DNA from: an uncultured Acidobacteriota bacterium
GTDB lineage: Bacteria > Acidobacteriota > Thermoanaerobaculia > Multivoradales > UBA5704
Assembly: GCA_963700145.1 (NCBI GenBank)
Contig: OY969474.1
Coordinates: 5,056,001-5,120,000, forward strand
Length of the DNA: 64,000 nt
Direction of reading: 5' to 3'
The stretch's first letter is position 1. The number at the start of each line of letters is the position of its first letter. Positions 47,801-55,849 of the stretch are shown piece after piece. Below the pieces are notes generated by a model. It worked only from the letters and a program-made list of their open reading frames with translations. It was not told where the DNA came from and did no database searches. The translations under genes were made by a program, and so were the position numbers.

Positions 47801-47937
47801 TGCAGAGTCTCGGTGTCGAATTCGCCGCCCTTCTCCACGCCGACCTTTTTCTCACCCAGCCCCCCCGCGCTCACGAGATCGGGCAGTAGTGGAGCAAGGA
47901 ATTCGGCGAGCGCTCGGGCGAGCTGAGAGGCATCCAT
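44878..47937 (-). CDS. NLR-like STAND NTPase: helical domain + amyloid-like motif + NACHT + FGE-sulfatase (SUMF1) domain
   Basis: LVLLGEPGSGKST, LLLLDGLDEV, PLLL, YTFLHRTFQEYLAA; FLMGS, YPVT..QF, LPSEAEWEKAARG, MAGNVWEW, RGGS, GFRV. Confidence 0.93.
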   Translation of the reverse strand: MDASQLARALAEFLAPLLPDLVSAGGLGEKKVGVEKGGEFDTETLQQGERLWTRLWPLIGAKPQAVEVAQDLSVTPQDPDLKAALRVELRKILDSDAGLAAEMAQLFAANSPGDTNYRVLLRGSGALAQGEGNVVASGLSRAAGRDLIENQTIIGGMPAADTGEAALRDAYLRRVAEQTGFISLAAAESAPAPDSEARLNLEAVYTALSTRAEHAAADERGDRMASRPSSALEEMNRHERLVLLGEPGSGKSTFVSFVALCHAGEVLGLPGINLERLTAPLPDEQGHAERERQPWDHGPLLPVRVVLRHLATKLPERGRKATAQDLWDALERDLREAGFGEYCTFLKRELLTRGGLLLLDGLDEVPEADTRRDQIRQVVEAFVEGFGKCRVLLTSRSYAYRNQRWRLPGFSEAVLAPFGTGQIRRFVRAWYAHQAAKGQLVPKDASAQAAQLERSILGNPRLRELAERPLLLTLMANLHASRGGELPQRREELYAEALELLLSSWERQRVTLDTNGKPHPSLTEFLDTGMEKVRGALQQLAYEVHTAQAGAAGTADIDEGRLVALLMHLSRNPEANPKRLVEYLRDRAGILESRGVGVYTFLHRTFQEYLAACHLTGDSFPDRVAGLGRAEHDRWREVVLLAGAKEARRSAATVWSLAEALCWREPDDRAAGAADAWGAQLAGQLLAESADLETVSEPNRLKLERIQRFLLRLIRDGRLGFAAIERAQAGTSLARLGDSRFDPELCYLPREPALGFVELPAGAFLMGSDRARDADACDDEMAPHYVQVADCALARYPVTVQQFAEFVERSAYELENRKCLAGLLNQPVVYITWYDALAYCRWLGERLRELAGRRLSEPLDRERRDFWQRLADGEWRVSLPSEAEWEKAARGTDGRIYPWGDWVDADRASFGLTGIGRPSPVGCFPGGASPYGCEEMAGNVWEWTRSLWGEDPLEIAFKYPYDLADGREDLEAPATVFRIVRGGSYVRTPRYIRCAYRSWYDPGVRDGGIGFRVMLHHPP

Positions 47938-48029
47938 CGGAAGCGGCTCTTCCTGCCTTCCTGTAGAAAGTATAAGAGTGAGTCTAGTCCGTCTCGCACT
48001 GTAAGCTCACTGTTTTGGCCGACGGCTAG

Positions 48030-48200
48030 AGAGTCCTCTACTCGGACCTGAGCGCCGAGGAACAGCGGCGGCTGTTCTGGGAGGGAATCAAGAAGTTCAA
48101 TGCGGGGCGGTTCTATCACTGGCACGACGCCTGGGAGGAGATCTGGCGGTCCACGACCCCAGAGCCGCGGGACCTCTTTCAGGGGCTGGTCCAGGAGTGA
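48030..48200 (+). pseudogene. Truncated, diverged DUF309 copy
   Basis: RVLYSDLSAEEQRRLFWEGIKKFNAGRFYHWHDAWEEIWRSTTPEPRDLFQGLVQ aligns to the gene at 32498; TAG immediately upstream and an early TGA. Confidence 0.85.
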
Positions 48201-48210
48201 CCAAGCGGCG

Positions 48211-48318
48211 GGCCTGCACCTCCACTTCGACGTCACCCGCGGCTGTCCCGACTGGGGCTGCCAGACGATCCCTGTCCGGTTCGAGAACTCGTCCGGTAAC
48301 CCGCTCCTGCAAGGGCAG
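48211..48318 (+). pseudogene. Possible C-terminal fragment of an M23 peptidase
   Basis: GLHLHFDV...QTIPVRFEN resembles the M23 HxH motif region; no start. Confidence 0.4.
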
Positions 48319-48405
48319 GAGGCGCGAGCCCTCCCGCTCGCCGCCGCGGACGATCGGGGGGCTCGGCGGATCATCCGCGACACCCGGGCGGACCGGCGGA
48401 GCGGC

Positions 48406-48699
48406 CGGGCGGATCGTCCCGGCTGTCGGGAAAGTCGTCCCGGCCGTCCGGAAAGTTATCCGAGCCGCCGGGAAAGCTATCCCGACGGCCGGGAAAGTTA
48501 TCCCGATGGTCGGGAAAGCTATCCCGGCGGCCCGGAAAGCTATCCTGACTGCCAAGAAAGTTATCCCGATTATCGGGAAAGCTTTCCCGATGGTCCAGAA
48601 AGCTATCCCGATCGCCGGAAAAGCTTTCCCGATGGCCGGGAAAGTTATCCCGACGGCTGGGAAAGCTTTCCCGACGGCCGGGAGGGTCTTCCCGAGGTC
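48406..48699. repeat. Tandem array of 21-bp quasi-palindromic repeats (12 good and about 2 degenerate units)
   Basis: Consensus CGGGAAAGYTWTCCCGAYGGY; the GAAAG core recurs every 21 bp from 48430 to 48661. Confidence 0.92.
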
Positions 48700-48709
48700 C
48701 GGGGAGTCC

Positions 48710-49474
48710 CTAGCGGTGCCGCCAGGCCGGGGGGCGCTTGGCGAGGAAGGCGGCGATGCCTTCTTCCATGTCCTCGGTGGCCGTCAGCTCTTCCAAGTAG
48801 ATCCGCTCGGCCTCGGCGAGGGCGGCGTCGAAAGGCCGCTCGCTCCCCGCCCTGACCGCCTTCTTGAGCAGGGGCGCCACGGCGGCACTCCGCTCCAGGA
48901 GGTCGGAGGTCACCCGTGCCAGCGCCGCTTCCAGGTCGTCGCCCGCCCGCCAGGTCACCAATCCCAGCCGTTCCGCCTCATCGCAGTCGAAGGTGCGGCC
49001 GGTGAGGAGGAGCTCCAGCGCCCGCCCTTCGCCCACCCGCCGCGGCAGGAGGGCCGCCGCCACCGGCGGGAAGCAGCCGAGGAGGATCTCGGGCTGGCCG
49101 AAGCGGGCGTCGTCGGTGGCGAGGACCCAGTCGCAGGCGAGGGCCAGCTCGAGGCCGCCGCCGAGGCAGTGGCCCTGGACGGCGGCGAGGGTCGGCGCCG
49201 ACAGGGCGTGGATCGCGCGGATCGCGGCGTGGAAGGCGGGGAGAGCGGCAGCGATCTTGTCGCGGGTGTGGTCCTGGACGGCGACGCCGGCCGAGAACGC
49301 CCGCCCGCCGGCGCCGCGCACGACGACGAGCTGGAGCCCCTCCGCGCGCGCCAGCCCTTCGGCGGCGGCGCGCAGGGCTTCCAGGGTCGGGAGGTCGAGG
49401 ACGTTGAGCGGCGGGCGGTCGAGGGTGAGGGTGGCGACCCGCCCGTCGCGGGCCAGGACGACGCCCTCGCTCAT
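48710..49474 (-). CDS. Enoyl-CoA hydratase/isomerase (dienoyl-CoA hydratase-like)
   Basis: DRPPLNVLD, FSAGV, CLGGGLEL, GQPEILLGCFPP motifs; ATGA overlap. Confidence 0.9.
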   Translation of the reverse strand: MSEGVVLARDGRVATLTLDRPPLNVLDLPTLEALRAAAEGLARAEGLQLVVVRGAGGRAFSAGVAVQDHTRDKIAAALPAFHAAIRAIHALSAPTLAAVQGHCLGGGLELALACDWVLATDDARFGQPEILLGCFPPVAAALLPRRVGEGRALELLLTGRTFDCDEAERLGLVTWRAGDDLEAALARVTSDLLERSAAVAPLLKKAVRAGSERPFDAALAEAERIYLEELTATEDMEEGIAAFLAKRPPAWRHR

Positions 49475-50181
49475 TGCGCGCCGAGCGCCCGCTGCGCGAA
49501 GACGCGCCAGAGCTCGCGCTGCGGCGGCAGAGGGACGAGGTCCTCGGGGTGCCACTGGACGGCGCGCAGCCACCAGCCAGTGTCCGCCGGCAGCTCGCAG
49601 GCCTCGATCAGGCCGTCGGGGGCGACCGCGGCGGTCACCAGCCCGGGGGCGAGGTCCTTGACCGCCTGGTGGTGGCGGCTGTTGACCAGCGGCGGCTCGC
49701 CGCCGAGCTGCGCCCCGAGCGCCGTCTCCGGCGCCACGACACGCAGCTCGTGGGCGAGCAGGTCCGGAGGCGTGTCCTGGTCGTGGTCGATCCCGGAGGG
49801 GAGCTGGGTGGGGAGGTCCTGCCAGAGCGTGCCGCCGAGGTAGACGTTGACGACCTGCATGCCGCGGCAGACCGCCCAGACCGGCACGCGCGCGCCGCGG
49901 GCGCCGTCGAGGAGCGCCCACTCCTGAGCGTCGAGGCCGGGTTTGACCTCCACCTGCGCGTCGGGCCGCGTCGCCTCGCCGTAGAGCGCCGGGTCCACGT
50001 CCGGGCCGCCGCAGAGGACCAGGCCGGCGGCCCTCGCGGCCAGCTCGCGGAGGCCGTCGCTGCTGCCCTCCGGGGTGATGACACGGATCCGCTCCGCCGG
50101 CACCTCCACCGCCCGCAGGGCGGCGACGTAGGTGGACGCCTTCTGGGTACTGCGCGCCGAGACCAAGACCTCGCCGCTCAC
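49471..50181 (-). CDS. Peptidase C26 / gamma-glutamyl-GABA hydrolase family glutamine amidotransferase
   Basis: GGPDVDP, VCRGMQ, VNSRHHQAV, VQWHPE motifs; GTGA overlap. Confidence 0.9.
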   Translation of the reverse strand: MSGEVLVSARSTQKASTYVAALRAVEVPAERIRVITPEGSSDGLRELAARAAGLVLCGGPDVDPALYGEATRPDAQVEVKPGLDAQEWALLDGARGARVPVWAVCRGMQVVNVYLGGTLWQDLPTQLPSGIDHDQDTPPDLLAHELRVVAPETALGAQLGGEPPLVNSRHHQAVKDLAPGLVTAAVAPDGLIEACELPADTGWWLRAVQWHPEDLVPLPPQRELWRVFAQRALGAQ

Positions 50182-51377
50182 GCCGCCCGCTCCTCTTCCA
50201 TCTCCACCAGCGCCGCCAGCCCCATGCCGCCGGAGACGCAGAGGGTGGCGATGCCGCGCCGGCCGCCGCGCTCGCGCAGGCCGTGGAGGAGGGTGACCAG
50301 GAGCCGCGCGCCGGTGGCGCCGATCGGGTGGCCGAGGGCGATGGCGCCGCCGTCGGGGTTGACCCGGTCGTGGTCGAAAGGCAGGTCCTTCAAGCAGGCC
50401 AGCACCTGGCTGGCGAAGGCCTCGTTGAGCTCGACGGCGTCGATGTCGCCGAGCTGGACGCCGTTCCGGCCCAGCAGCTTCCGCACCGCCGGCACCGGGC
50501 CGATCCCCATGATCCGCGGCTCGACCCCGACGACCTCCCAGCCGGCGAGGCGCGCCACGACCGGCAGGCCGAGCTCGCGGGCGGCGCGGCGGGAGGCGAC
50601 GAGGAGGGCGGCGGCGCCGTCGGTGATCCCCGAGGCGTTGCCGGCGGTCACCGTTCCGCCGTCGCGGAAGACGGGCTTGAGCCGGGCCAGGGAGTCGAGG
50701 GTGACGCCGGCGCGCGGGTGCTCGTCGCGGTCGATCCGCTCCTCGCCCATCCGGCCCGGCACCGTGACGGGCACGATCTCCGGCGCGAAGCGGCCGCGCT
50801 CCCAGGCGCGCTCGGCCCGCCCCTGGCTCTCCAGCGCCCAGGCGTCGGCCGCCGCGCGGCCGATCCCGGCCTCGACCGCCAGCTCCTCGGCGGTTTCGCC
50901 CATGACCAGGCCGGAGAGGGGGTCGTCGAAGCCGTCGCGGTACATGCCGTCCACCACCTCGGCGTGCCCCAGGCGATACCCCCAGCGGGCGCGCGGCAGC
51001 AGGTACGGCGTGTTCGACATGCTCTCGGTGCCGCCGGCGAGCACCACCTCGGCCTCGCCGGTCAGGATGGTGCGCGCCGCGCAGAGGACCGCCTGCAGGC
51101 CCGAGCCGCAGGCCTGGTTGACGGTGTAGGCCGGGCGGTCGACCGGCACGCCGGCGCGGTGGGCGATCTGGCGCGCGGTGTTGGGGCCGCCCCCGGCCTG
51201 GCGGGCGTGGCCGAAGATCACCTGATCGACCCGCGCCGGCTCGCAGCCGGCCCGCTCGAGCGCGGCCTTGGCCGCGGCGGTGCCGAGGTCGGCGGCCGAG
51301 AGGGCCGCCAGCGCGCCGCCGAACTTGCCGATCGGCGTCCGCACCGGCGCGGCGAGGACGATGTCGTCCGGCGCCAC
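50178..51377 (-). CDS. Acetyl-CoA acyltransferase (thiolase)
   Basis: NQACGSG, GNASGITDGA, NEAFA, GHPIGATG, LCVSGGMG motifs. Confidence 0.95.
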   Translation of the reverse strand: MAPDDIVLAAPVRTPIGKFGGALAALSAADLGTAAAKAALERAGCEPARVDQVIFGHARQAGGGPNTARQIAHRAGVPVDRPAYTVNQACGSGLQAVLCAARTILTGEAEVVLAGGTESMSNTPYLLPRARWGYRLGHAEVVDGMYRDGFDDPLSGLVMGETAEELAVEAGIGRAAADAWALESQGRAERAWERGRFAPEIVPVTVPGRMGEERIDRDEHPRAGVTLDSLARLKPVFRDGGTVTAGNASGITDGAAALLVASRRAARELGLPVVARLAGWEVVGVEPRIMGIGPVPAVRKLLGRNGVQLGDIDAVELNEAFASQVLACLKDLPFDHDRVNPDGGAIALGHPIGATGARLLVTLLHGLRERGGRRGIATLCVSGGMGLAALVEMEEERAA

Positions 51378-51379
51378 CG

Positions 51380-52855
51380 CTACTTCCCGACGAAGACCGA
51401 CTTGACCTCGGTGTAGTACTCCAGGGCCTGCCGCCCCAGCTCGCGGCCGAAGCCGCTCTGCTTGTAGCCGCCGAAGGGGGCGCCGGAGTCGTACCAGTTG
51501 TACTGGTTGATCCAGACGGTGCCGGCCTGCAGCGCCCGGGCCACCCGGTGCGCCTTGCCGACGTCGCGCGTCCAGACACCCGCCGCCAGGCCGTAGATCG
51601 AGGCGTTGGCCTGCGCCACCGCCTCGTCGGCGCTCTCGAAGGGGATGGCGACCAGGACCGGGCCGAAGATCTCCTCGCGCGCCACGGTCATCTCGCTGGT
51701 GACGTCGTCGAGGATGGTCGGCTGCATGAAGTACCCCTTGCCGCCGACGCTCGCCGCCTCGCCGCCGGCCACCACCTTCGCCCCCTCCCGCCGCCCGGCC
51801 TCGACGTAAGAGAGCACCGTCTCGCGCTGCTTGCCGGAGACCAGGGCCCCGAGGCGGGTCTTCGGGTGCAGCGGGTCGCCGGGCTCGAGCTTCTTCGTCC
51901 GCTCGACCAGGCGCTCGAGCAGCTCGCCGTGCACCGACTTCTCGACGAAGAGCCGCGAGCCGGCGGCGCAGACCTCGCCCTTGCCGTAGAAGATGCCGTT
52001 GTAGGCCCCCTTGACCGCGGCGTCGAGGTCGGCGTCGGCGAAGACGATGTTGGGCGACTTGCCGCCCAGCTCCAGGGTGAGCCGCTTCATGGTGTCGGCG
52101 GCGCCGCGCATCACCTGCTTGCCGACCTCGGTCGAGCCGGTGAAGCTGATCTTGGCGACGTGCGGGTGGGCGACCAGGGCGTTGCCCACCTCCGCGCCGC
52201 CGCCGGGGACGACGTTCAGCACTCCGGGCGGCAGCCCGATCTCGCTCGCCAGCTCGGCGAACTTGAGGGCGGTCAGCGGCGTGTAGGAGGCCGGCTTGTG
52301 GACCACGGTGTTGCCGCAGGCGAGAGCGGGGGCGATCTTCCACAGCGCCTGGATGAGCGGGAAGTTCCAGGGGGTGATGGCGGCCACCACGCCGACCGGC
52401 TCGCGCAGGGTGTAGGTGAGGACGAACGGGCCGTGGCTGGGCAGGGTCTCGCCGGCGATCTTGTCGGCCCAGCCGGCGAAGTAGCGCAGGGCGTCCACCG
52501 CCGCCGGCACGTCGACGTAGCGCGACTCGAAGATCGGCTTGCCGTTGTCGAGGGTCTCGAGGCGGGCGAAGTCGGCGTTGCGCGCCTCCAGGGCGTCGGC
52601 GATCTTCCACAGGAGGGTGCCGCGCTCGCGCGCCGACATCGTCCCCCAGGGTCCGGAGAGGGCCTCGCGGGCGGCCTCGACGGCGCGGTCGACGTCGGCG
52701 GCGCCGGCCGCGGCCACCTCGCAGAGCGGCTCCTCGGTGGCCGGGTTCTCGCTGGTGAAGGTGGCGCCGCTCGCGGCGTCCACCCACGCGCCGCCGATCC
52801 AGAGCTTGCAGGGGGGGAGGGTGGCGGCGGGCGCCGCCTGCGTCTCGGTCGCCAT
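51380..52855 (-). CDS. Aldehyde dehydrogenase
   Basis: ITPWNFP, FTGSTEVG, LELGGKSP, GEVCAAG, EEIFGP motifs. Confidence 0.96.
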   Translation of the reverse strand: MATETQAAPAATLPPCKLWIGGAWVDAASGATFTSENPATEEPLCEVAAAGAADVDRAVEAAREALSGPWGTMSARERGTLLWKIADALEARNADFARLETLDNGKPIFESRYVDVPAAVDALRYFAGWADKIAGETLPSHGPFVLTYTLREPVGVVAAITPWNFPLIQALWKIAPALACGNTVVHKPASYTPLTALKFAELASEIGLPPGVLNVVPGGGAEVGNALVAHPHVAKISFTGSTEVGKQVMRGAADTMKRLTLELGGKSPNIVFADADLDAAVKGAYNGIFYGKGEVCAAGSRLFVEKSVHGELLERLVERTKKLEPGDPLHPKTRLGALVSGKQRETVLSYVEAGRREGAKVVAGGEAASVGGKGYFMQPTILDDVTSEMTVAREEIFGPVLVAIPFESADEAVAQANASIYGLAAGVWTRDVGKAHRVARALQAGTVWINQYNWYDSGAPFGGYKQSGFGRELGRQALEYYTEVKSVFVGK

Positions 52856-53679
52856 CAGTACCCCTTGAAGCGGGGCTGCCGCTTCTCGACGTAGGCGTTG
52901 AGCCCCTCCTTGGCGTCCTCGCTCTGGAAGAGCTGCTGCTGCAGCTCGCGCTCGAGGGCGAGGGCGGTCTCGAACGGGATCTCGGCGCCGGTCTGCACCG
53001 ACCGCTTGATCCGCCCCACCGCCTTGGCGGCGCGCTGCGGCGGGCAGAAGCTCTTGGCGAAGGCGTGGACCTGGTCGAGGAAGGCGCCGCCCTCCTCGGC
53101 GTAGACGTGGTTGACGATGCCCAGCGCCTGCGCCTCCTCGAAGGAGATGAGCTGGCCGGTCGTCATCAGCTCGATCGCCTTGCTCTTGCCGACGATGCGC
53201 ACCAGCCGCTGGGTGCCGCCGGTGCCGGGCAGGACGCCGAGGGTGATCTCGGGCAGACCCACCTTGCCGGCGTCCTTCTTCGCGATCCGCAGGTCGGCGG
53301 CCATGGCGATCTCGAGGCCGCCGCCGACGGTGTGGCCGTTGAGGGCGGCGACGACCAGCTTCGGGGTCTGCTCGAGGCGGTTCAGGGTCTCGTTGGCGTG
53401 CAGGCAGAAGTAGTACTTGAAGACCGGATCGGCGCCCTGCAGCATCGAGATGTTGGCGCCGGCACAGAAGAACTTCTGGCCGGTGCCGGTCAGGACCAGG
53501 ACGTGGACGTCGGGGTCGAAGCGGGCCTCCAGGATGGCCTCGTCGAGCTGGCGCATCATCTGGTGGGTGTAGGTGTTGGCCGGGGGATCGTCGAGGGTCA
53601 GGTAGGCGACGCCTTCCTTGACCTCGTAGTGAACGAGCGTCCGCGTCTCGGTGCGCTCGGCAGTGGTGGGCTGAGCCAT
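52855..53679 (-). CDS. Enoyl-CoA hydratase/isomerase
   Basis: FFCAGANI, GGGLEIA, GLPEITLG, PGTGGTQRL motifs; GGAGGAG RBS. Confidence 0.93.
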   Translation of the reverse strand: MAQPTTAERTETRTLVHYEVKEGVAYLTLDDPPANTYTHQMMRQLDEAILEARFDPDVHVLVLTGTGQKFFCAGANISMLQGADPVFKYYFCLHANETLNRLEQTPKLVVAALNGHTVGGGLEIAMAADLRIAKKDAGKVGLPEITLGVLPGTGGTQRLVRIVGKSKAIELMTTGQLISFEEAQALGIVNHVYAEEGGAFLDQVHAFAKSFCPPQRAAKAVGRIKRSVQTGAEIPFETALALERELQQQLFQSEDAKEGLNAYVEKRQPRFKGY

Positions 53680-53785
53680 TGGTTCTCCTCCAGTCGAGAT
53701 CGCTAGGGGTGAATCGGGGCGGGTCCGCCCCGAAGGTCGGAGCCATTGTGCCACGCCGGACCGGCCGGACCCAAGAGCCGGCGTC

Positions 53786-55822
53786 TCAGCGGGCGGCGGC
53801 GGCCCGCGTGTACCTGGCGCGCAGCAGCTCGTTGATCCGTTCCTGCAGCAGCGGGAAGAGCTCGTGCTCCTTCTGCACGAGGGCGCGGAGGTAGGCCTCG
53901 TCCACCGGCAGGTCGAGTCCCTTGTGGCCGGCCCACTCGCTGGGCAGCCGCTGTCCTTTGGACCGATTGGCGAGCGGGCTCAAGGCTTCGAAGTTCTCGG
54001 TCGTGTTGAGCACCCGGAGCTGGTCCGCCTGGTCGAGCTGGGCGAACCCCGGCAGCTCCCGGATGCGGTCCACGGGGATGATGTGGTCGGCCTGCGCTGC
54101 GCCGTCGACGATTCGCCCCGGGAAGGCGGGGTCCGGCGAGCCGACGGGGAGCTTCCGCTGCGCCCACTGGCGGAGCTGCCGGGTCGGACTCTTGCCGCGG
54201 ATCCGCTTCCAGAGCTCGGCGAGCGGGATGCCGTGGAGCGACTCCTCGCGCACGACGCGCCGGCCGCCGGTCGGTCCGGTCAGCTCGGTTCCGGGAGGGA
54301 CGATCCCGTTGTCTTCGAGCTGGCGCAGGCGGGCGAGCTGCTGCTCGCGCTCGCGCTTCCGCTGCGTCGCCTCGCCGACCTCGCGCGGCCGGCGACGTTG
54401 CGGGCCGCTCTCCAGTCCCGTGACTTTGGAGGTCGAGCGGGAGGCCGGCGGCGTGCCGCGGGTGTGGCCGAGAGCCTCCAGCGGCGTCTCCAGCTCGACC
54501 GGGGCCGCGTTCTCGGCGCTGCCGCGGGAGAGGCCGCGCCCCTCGTCGGTCGGCGTGAAGCCCCGCTCGGGGAGCGCCTCGCCGGCCGCCCGGGTCTCCC
54601 GTGCGGCCTCGGCCTCGCGCGCCACTTGCCGCGGCGCCGCCACGCCCGGATCCAGCGTCCGCTCGGCGGCGGTCACCGCCTCGAGCGCTTCGGTCGTCAC
54701 CTCGGTCGCCGCTTTCGTCTGGCGGTAGAGACGCACGCCGGCGCCCAGGAACTGCACCGCCGAAAGGAGCGCCGCCGCGCCGGCGAGCAGGGCGTCGCCG
54801 TAGTCGCTCGGCCGGTCGGTCAGGGGCCGCCCTTCGCGTAGGGCCGAGGCGGCCGCCGCCATCTGGTTCTCCTGCGCGCGCTCGTAGGCGCGGTAGGCGG
54901 CCATGCCCGAGATCGCCGTGTCGAGGGCCACGAGCACGACGCCGACCGGCCCGGCGACGACCACCCCCGCCACCGCCACGGCCATGCCGGCGGTGAGGAA
55001 GAGCTGGTCCCATACGTCCTCGCTGCGCAGGCGGGCCTGCTCCACCATGAAGCGCGCGAAGAGCTGAGGGTCGATCGCCGGGTGGCCGAGCAGCCCCAGC
55101 TCCGCGAGGCCGCTCAAGACGATCGGGGGGTAGCGCCAGACGTGCTCGTGGGAAGCCTCCAGGCTGGCGCCGAAGCGGTCGATGCCGCTGCGGGCGTCGA
55201 GGAAGACGCCGTCGAGCGTGGCGCGCGCCGCCTCCTCGCCGTCGGCGAGGGAGCGGAAGATCTCGAGGCGGCGCGGGTGGGCGCCGAGGATGCGCGCCAG
55301 CTCGTCGTCGAGCAGCGCCGCCGCTTCCCGCTCGCGCGCCTCGCGCGCCGCCGGCGGCTCGAACTCCTGGCCGGCCGGGGCCCGCCCCCCCACCTGGACC
55401 GGGAACTTGATGACCTTCGCCGGCAGCGCGGCGAGGACCTGGAAATACTGCGTCGCGGCGCCGCGCAGCCCGGCGAGGGTGCCGGGCTCGCGAAGCCGCG
55501 CCTCGAGGCGGTCCAGCGTGACGCGGTGGTCGTCGAGCGTCGTCCTCAACCAGGCGAGCGCTTGGCGCTGGGTCGCCTCGGCCAGGGGGACGAGGTCGGC
55601 GAGGTAGGCGAGACCGCTCGTCTCCGGCGACGGCGCGCGGTAGACCCGCGACAGGACGGCGCTCCAGAGCGCGGCGAAGGGGGCCCCGGCGGCGCTGCGC
55701 GGGAGGGGCGCGAGCTTGGCCTCGCCGTAGGCGATGCGCGCCACCTCGACGAGCCGTGCGGCAGCCGCCGCGAGGTCGAGCGGTGTCCCCCGCTCGCCGT
55801 TGCCGATGAAGGGGGCCGACAA
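53786..55822 (-). CDS. Polymorphic-toxin-like protein: hydrophobic helices, linker, C-terminal HNH-like nuclease
   Basis: FLTAGMAVAVAGVVVAGPVGVVLVAL and ALLAGAAALLSAV segments; C-terminal ADHIIP...N...NFEALSPLANRSKG; TTG start uncertain. Confidence 0.7.
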   Translation of the reverse strand: MSAPFIGNGERGTPLDLAAAAARLVEVARIAYGEAKLAPLPRSAAGAPFAALWSAVLSRVYRAPSPETSGLAYLADLVPLAEATQRQALAWLRTTLDDHRVTLDRLEARLREPGTLAGLRGAATQYFQVLAALPAKVIKFPVQVGGRAPAGQEFEPPAAREAREREAAALLDDELARILGAHPRRLEIFRSLADGEEAARATLDGVFLDARSGIDRFGASLEASHEHVWRYPPIVLSGLAELGLLGHPAIDPQLFARFMVEQARLRSEDVWDQLFLTAGMAVAVAGVVVAGPVGVVLVALDTAISGMAAYRAYERAQENQMAAAASALREGRPLTDRPSDYGDALLAGAAALLSAVQFLGAGVRLYRQTKAATEVTTEALEAVTAAERTLDPGVAAPRQVAREAEAARETRAAGEALPERGFTPTDEGRGLSRGSAENAAPVELETPLEALGHTRGTPPASRSTSKVTGLESGPQRRRPREVGEATQRKREREQQLARLRQLEDNGIVPPGTELTGPTGGRRVVREESLHGIPLAELWKRIRGKSPTRQLRQWAQRKLPVGSPDPAFPGRIVDGAAQADHIIPVDRIRELPGFAQLDQADQLRVLNTTENFEALSPLANRSKGQRLPSEWAGHKGLDLPVDEAYLRALVQKEHELFPLLQERINELLRARYTRAAAAR

Positions 55823-55849
55823 TCGACGCGCTCCGGGTCGCTCGGGCGC

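Noticed and set aside
48406-48699. CRISPR array interpretation of the 21-bp repeats
   Set aside because: Units are head-to-tail with no unique spacers, and there are no cas genes in the window.
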